From Thraustochytrium aureum (Eukaryota), in assembly GCA_012862495.1 (NCBI GenBank), contig BLSG01000125.1, positions 66,784 to 86,783 of the forward strand: a stretch of DNA of 20,000 bases, given 5' to 3'. How positions within the stretch are numbered: the stretch's first letter is position 1; each line of letters starts with the position of its first letter. The notes below the pieces were generated by a model. It was not told where the DNA came from, did no database searches, and saw only the letters and a program-made list of their open reading frames with translations. Below, piece by piece: positions 18,565 through 20,000 of the stretch. Made by a program: the position numbers and the translations under genes.

Positions 18565-18744
18565 GCCTGGCGATCGACTTCGGTTTCGAGTCGGCGGCGT
18601 TCGCGTCTGCTCCTGCGATCAGAGCACGTGTAGGGCTGGCTGGCTGCTGGCCGTGTGCGCAGGGACCCGTTCGGCGCTTGCGTGTCTGTTCTTCGATCGG
18701 AACGCAGCGGAAAAGTCTTCCTTGACATCGGTTTGAGGTGTAAT

Positions 18745-18775
18745 GTGGGACGGACTCAAGTGGGACGGACTCAAG
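18745..18775 (+). repeat. 15-nt tandem duplication (gtgggacggactcaa)x2
   Basis: Copies at 18745-18759 and 18760-18774, plus one further matching base. Confidence 0.9.
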
Positions 18776-18865
18776 CGACAACAACGTTTGTCAGCACCGA
18801 GGCTGAATGTGTCGCGACAACCCCAGGTTGACCCTGGCTCCATCAGCGGGCCGAGCTCTCCAGTC

Positions 18866-18906
18866 GCTACTCTACTAGCTACTCTCTACTAGCTACTCTA
18901 CTAGCT
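18866..18906 (+). repeat. Short imperfect tandem repeat (gctactctacta)x3
   Basis: gctactctactagctactctctactagctactctactagct. Confidence 0.85.
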
Positions 18907-18987
18907 CAAGTTCAGGTAGTTTTGGTGAACCCGAGCCAGTCAGCCTTCAGGTGCCCTTTGGCTAGCGTAGAACATGTCTTGTCTTTC

Positions 18988-19132
18988 AACGTCGATCACG
19001 AATTGATACTAGGCGCGCCGATCGGAGCCCACGGTCGGGGCACAATGTATACTCAACTCGAATGAACGTCGATCACGAATTGATACTCGACAGGAGCCCA
19101 CGGCCGGGGCACAACGTAGACTCAACTCGAAT
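18988..19132 (+). repeat. Diverged tandem duplication of about 70 nt
   Basis: aacgtcgatcacgaattgatact...ggagcccacggYcggggcacaaYgtaKactcaactcgaat at 18988-19063 and 19065-19132. Confidence 0.9.
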
Positions 19133-19234
19133 CGAAGAGCTTACTTTACGATGCGGCTAAATTTTGGCCTCAAACAACCGTGTCCCTTCTTCTTGAGCCA
19201 GGCAGGCGTTGTCCCTTTCTGGCGCGAGAATGGG

Positions 19235-20000
19235 CTACTGCTCTGGCGCTAGAAATGGCTCGTTGAAGCAATGGTGCAATCGGCGAACCTTCTTGTCACC
19301 CAAACCGCTGCACAGGGCCATCTCCTCCATAGATGCGGCCATTACGTTCCGAAGCGAACCAAAGTTGCCCGCCAATACACGCACATCGGACCGGTTGACC
19401 GAGCGCACTGCTGTCAGGGTGTCCTCGAGGCGCGACAGGTAGTCGCTCTCAAGCCTTTCCTGGATCGCGGCTGCCGACTTGTGCTCAAAGGCCTTAAAGG
19501 TCTCCACATACCGCGCGCACTCATCCAGCGTCGAGCAGAGCACGACCGTGAACCCGTTCGCAGATGCGAGCGAGGTGAGCAGCATAAGAGGCTGCGTGCT
19601 GTTCTGAATATCAACCACGCACAGCACGACCCTGATCTTGAAATCCCGCCGAACCTCGGAGATGCGCGTGTACAGGTAGTCGGGGTGCAGGAGGTGGTAG
19701 CGCAGGCTAATGAAGAGAGCGCAAGCCGCGTCTCCCATCACGAAGTCGGCTTGCACAGGTCCAAAGCGCCAGGAAACCTGTTGGATGAGGCCGAGGACTG
19801 GATTGCCGCGCTGTCTCGTGCTGACCACGACGCCGCCCGGCGCCGCCGCGTCCGCCATCCTGGCGTCGACCCCGCCCGTGGCCCACAGGAGCACTCGGAG
19901 TGCGTCGGGGAATGCTCTGCTGCGCTGGTCGACCATCTCTCGAACTCACCATGCAAGTTGTTGCGTGGGCTGAGCAGGAACAGACCGTTGTTCTTCAGGA
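19235..20000 (-). CDS. ERCC1: DNA excision repair protein ERCC1 (Rad10); main exon 19235-19859, probable intron 19860-19949, upstream exon running off the window
   Basis: RQRGNPVL, ADFVMG, CALFISLRYHLLHPDYLYTRI, ECARYVETFK, LTAVRSVNRSD and the HhH motif CSGLGDKKVRRL...FNEPF. Minus-strand donor GTGAGT at 19949 and acceptor GCCAG ending at 19860 join an open frame PEEQRSVPAQPTQQLAW to MADAAAPGG. Confidence 0.92.

Noticed and set aside
18988..19132. Direct repeats as a CRISPR array or LTR/transposon end
   Set aside because: Only two adjacent diverged copies, with no spacers, no cas or transposase genes, no terminal inverted repeats, and a eukaryotic context.

Overview
Gene-dense, GC-rich, intron-poor eukaryotic DNA from a draft assembly with five N gaps. 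The gene content suggests a protist, possibly a stramenopile or thraustochytrid (inference only). In order, the genes are: a tandem-domain DJ-1/PfpI (Hsp31-like) protein truncated at the window start, an orphan multi-pass membrane protein, a Cdc34/Ubc7-type E2, a peroxisomal (SKL) oxalate-CoA ligase (AAE3/PCS60-like), a second orphan membrane gene (one 100-nt intron plus a frame break), RPAC1 head-to-head with GRWD1/RRB1, a 1070-aa triple fusion (arogenate/prephenate dehydratase-ACT + arogenate dehydrogenase + prephenate aminotransferase), a frame-broken gene and ERCC1. There are two main findings. (1) A single polypeptide appears to carry the whole prephenate-to-Phe/Tyr arogenate pathway, with plant-like specificity motifs. 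(2) A gene split across two ORFs has an N-terminal SWVVL LIR and a C-terminal SHxxAxxxGxxxG transmembrane helix, the architecture of the animal mitophagy receptors BNIP3/NIX. Several apparent small indels suggest consensus errors in the assembly.
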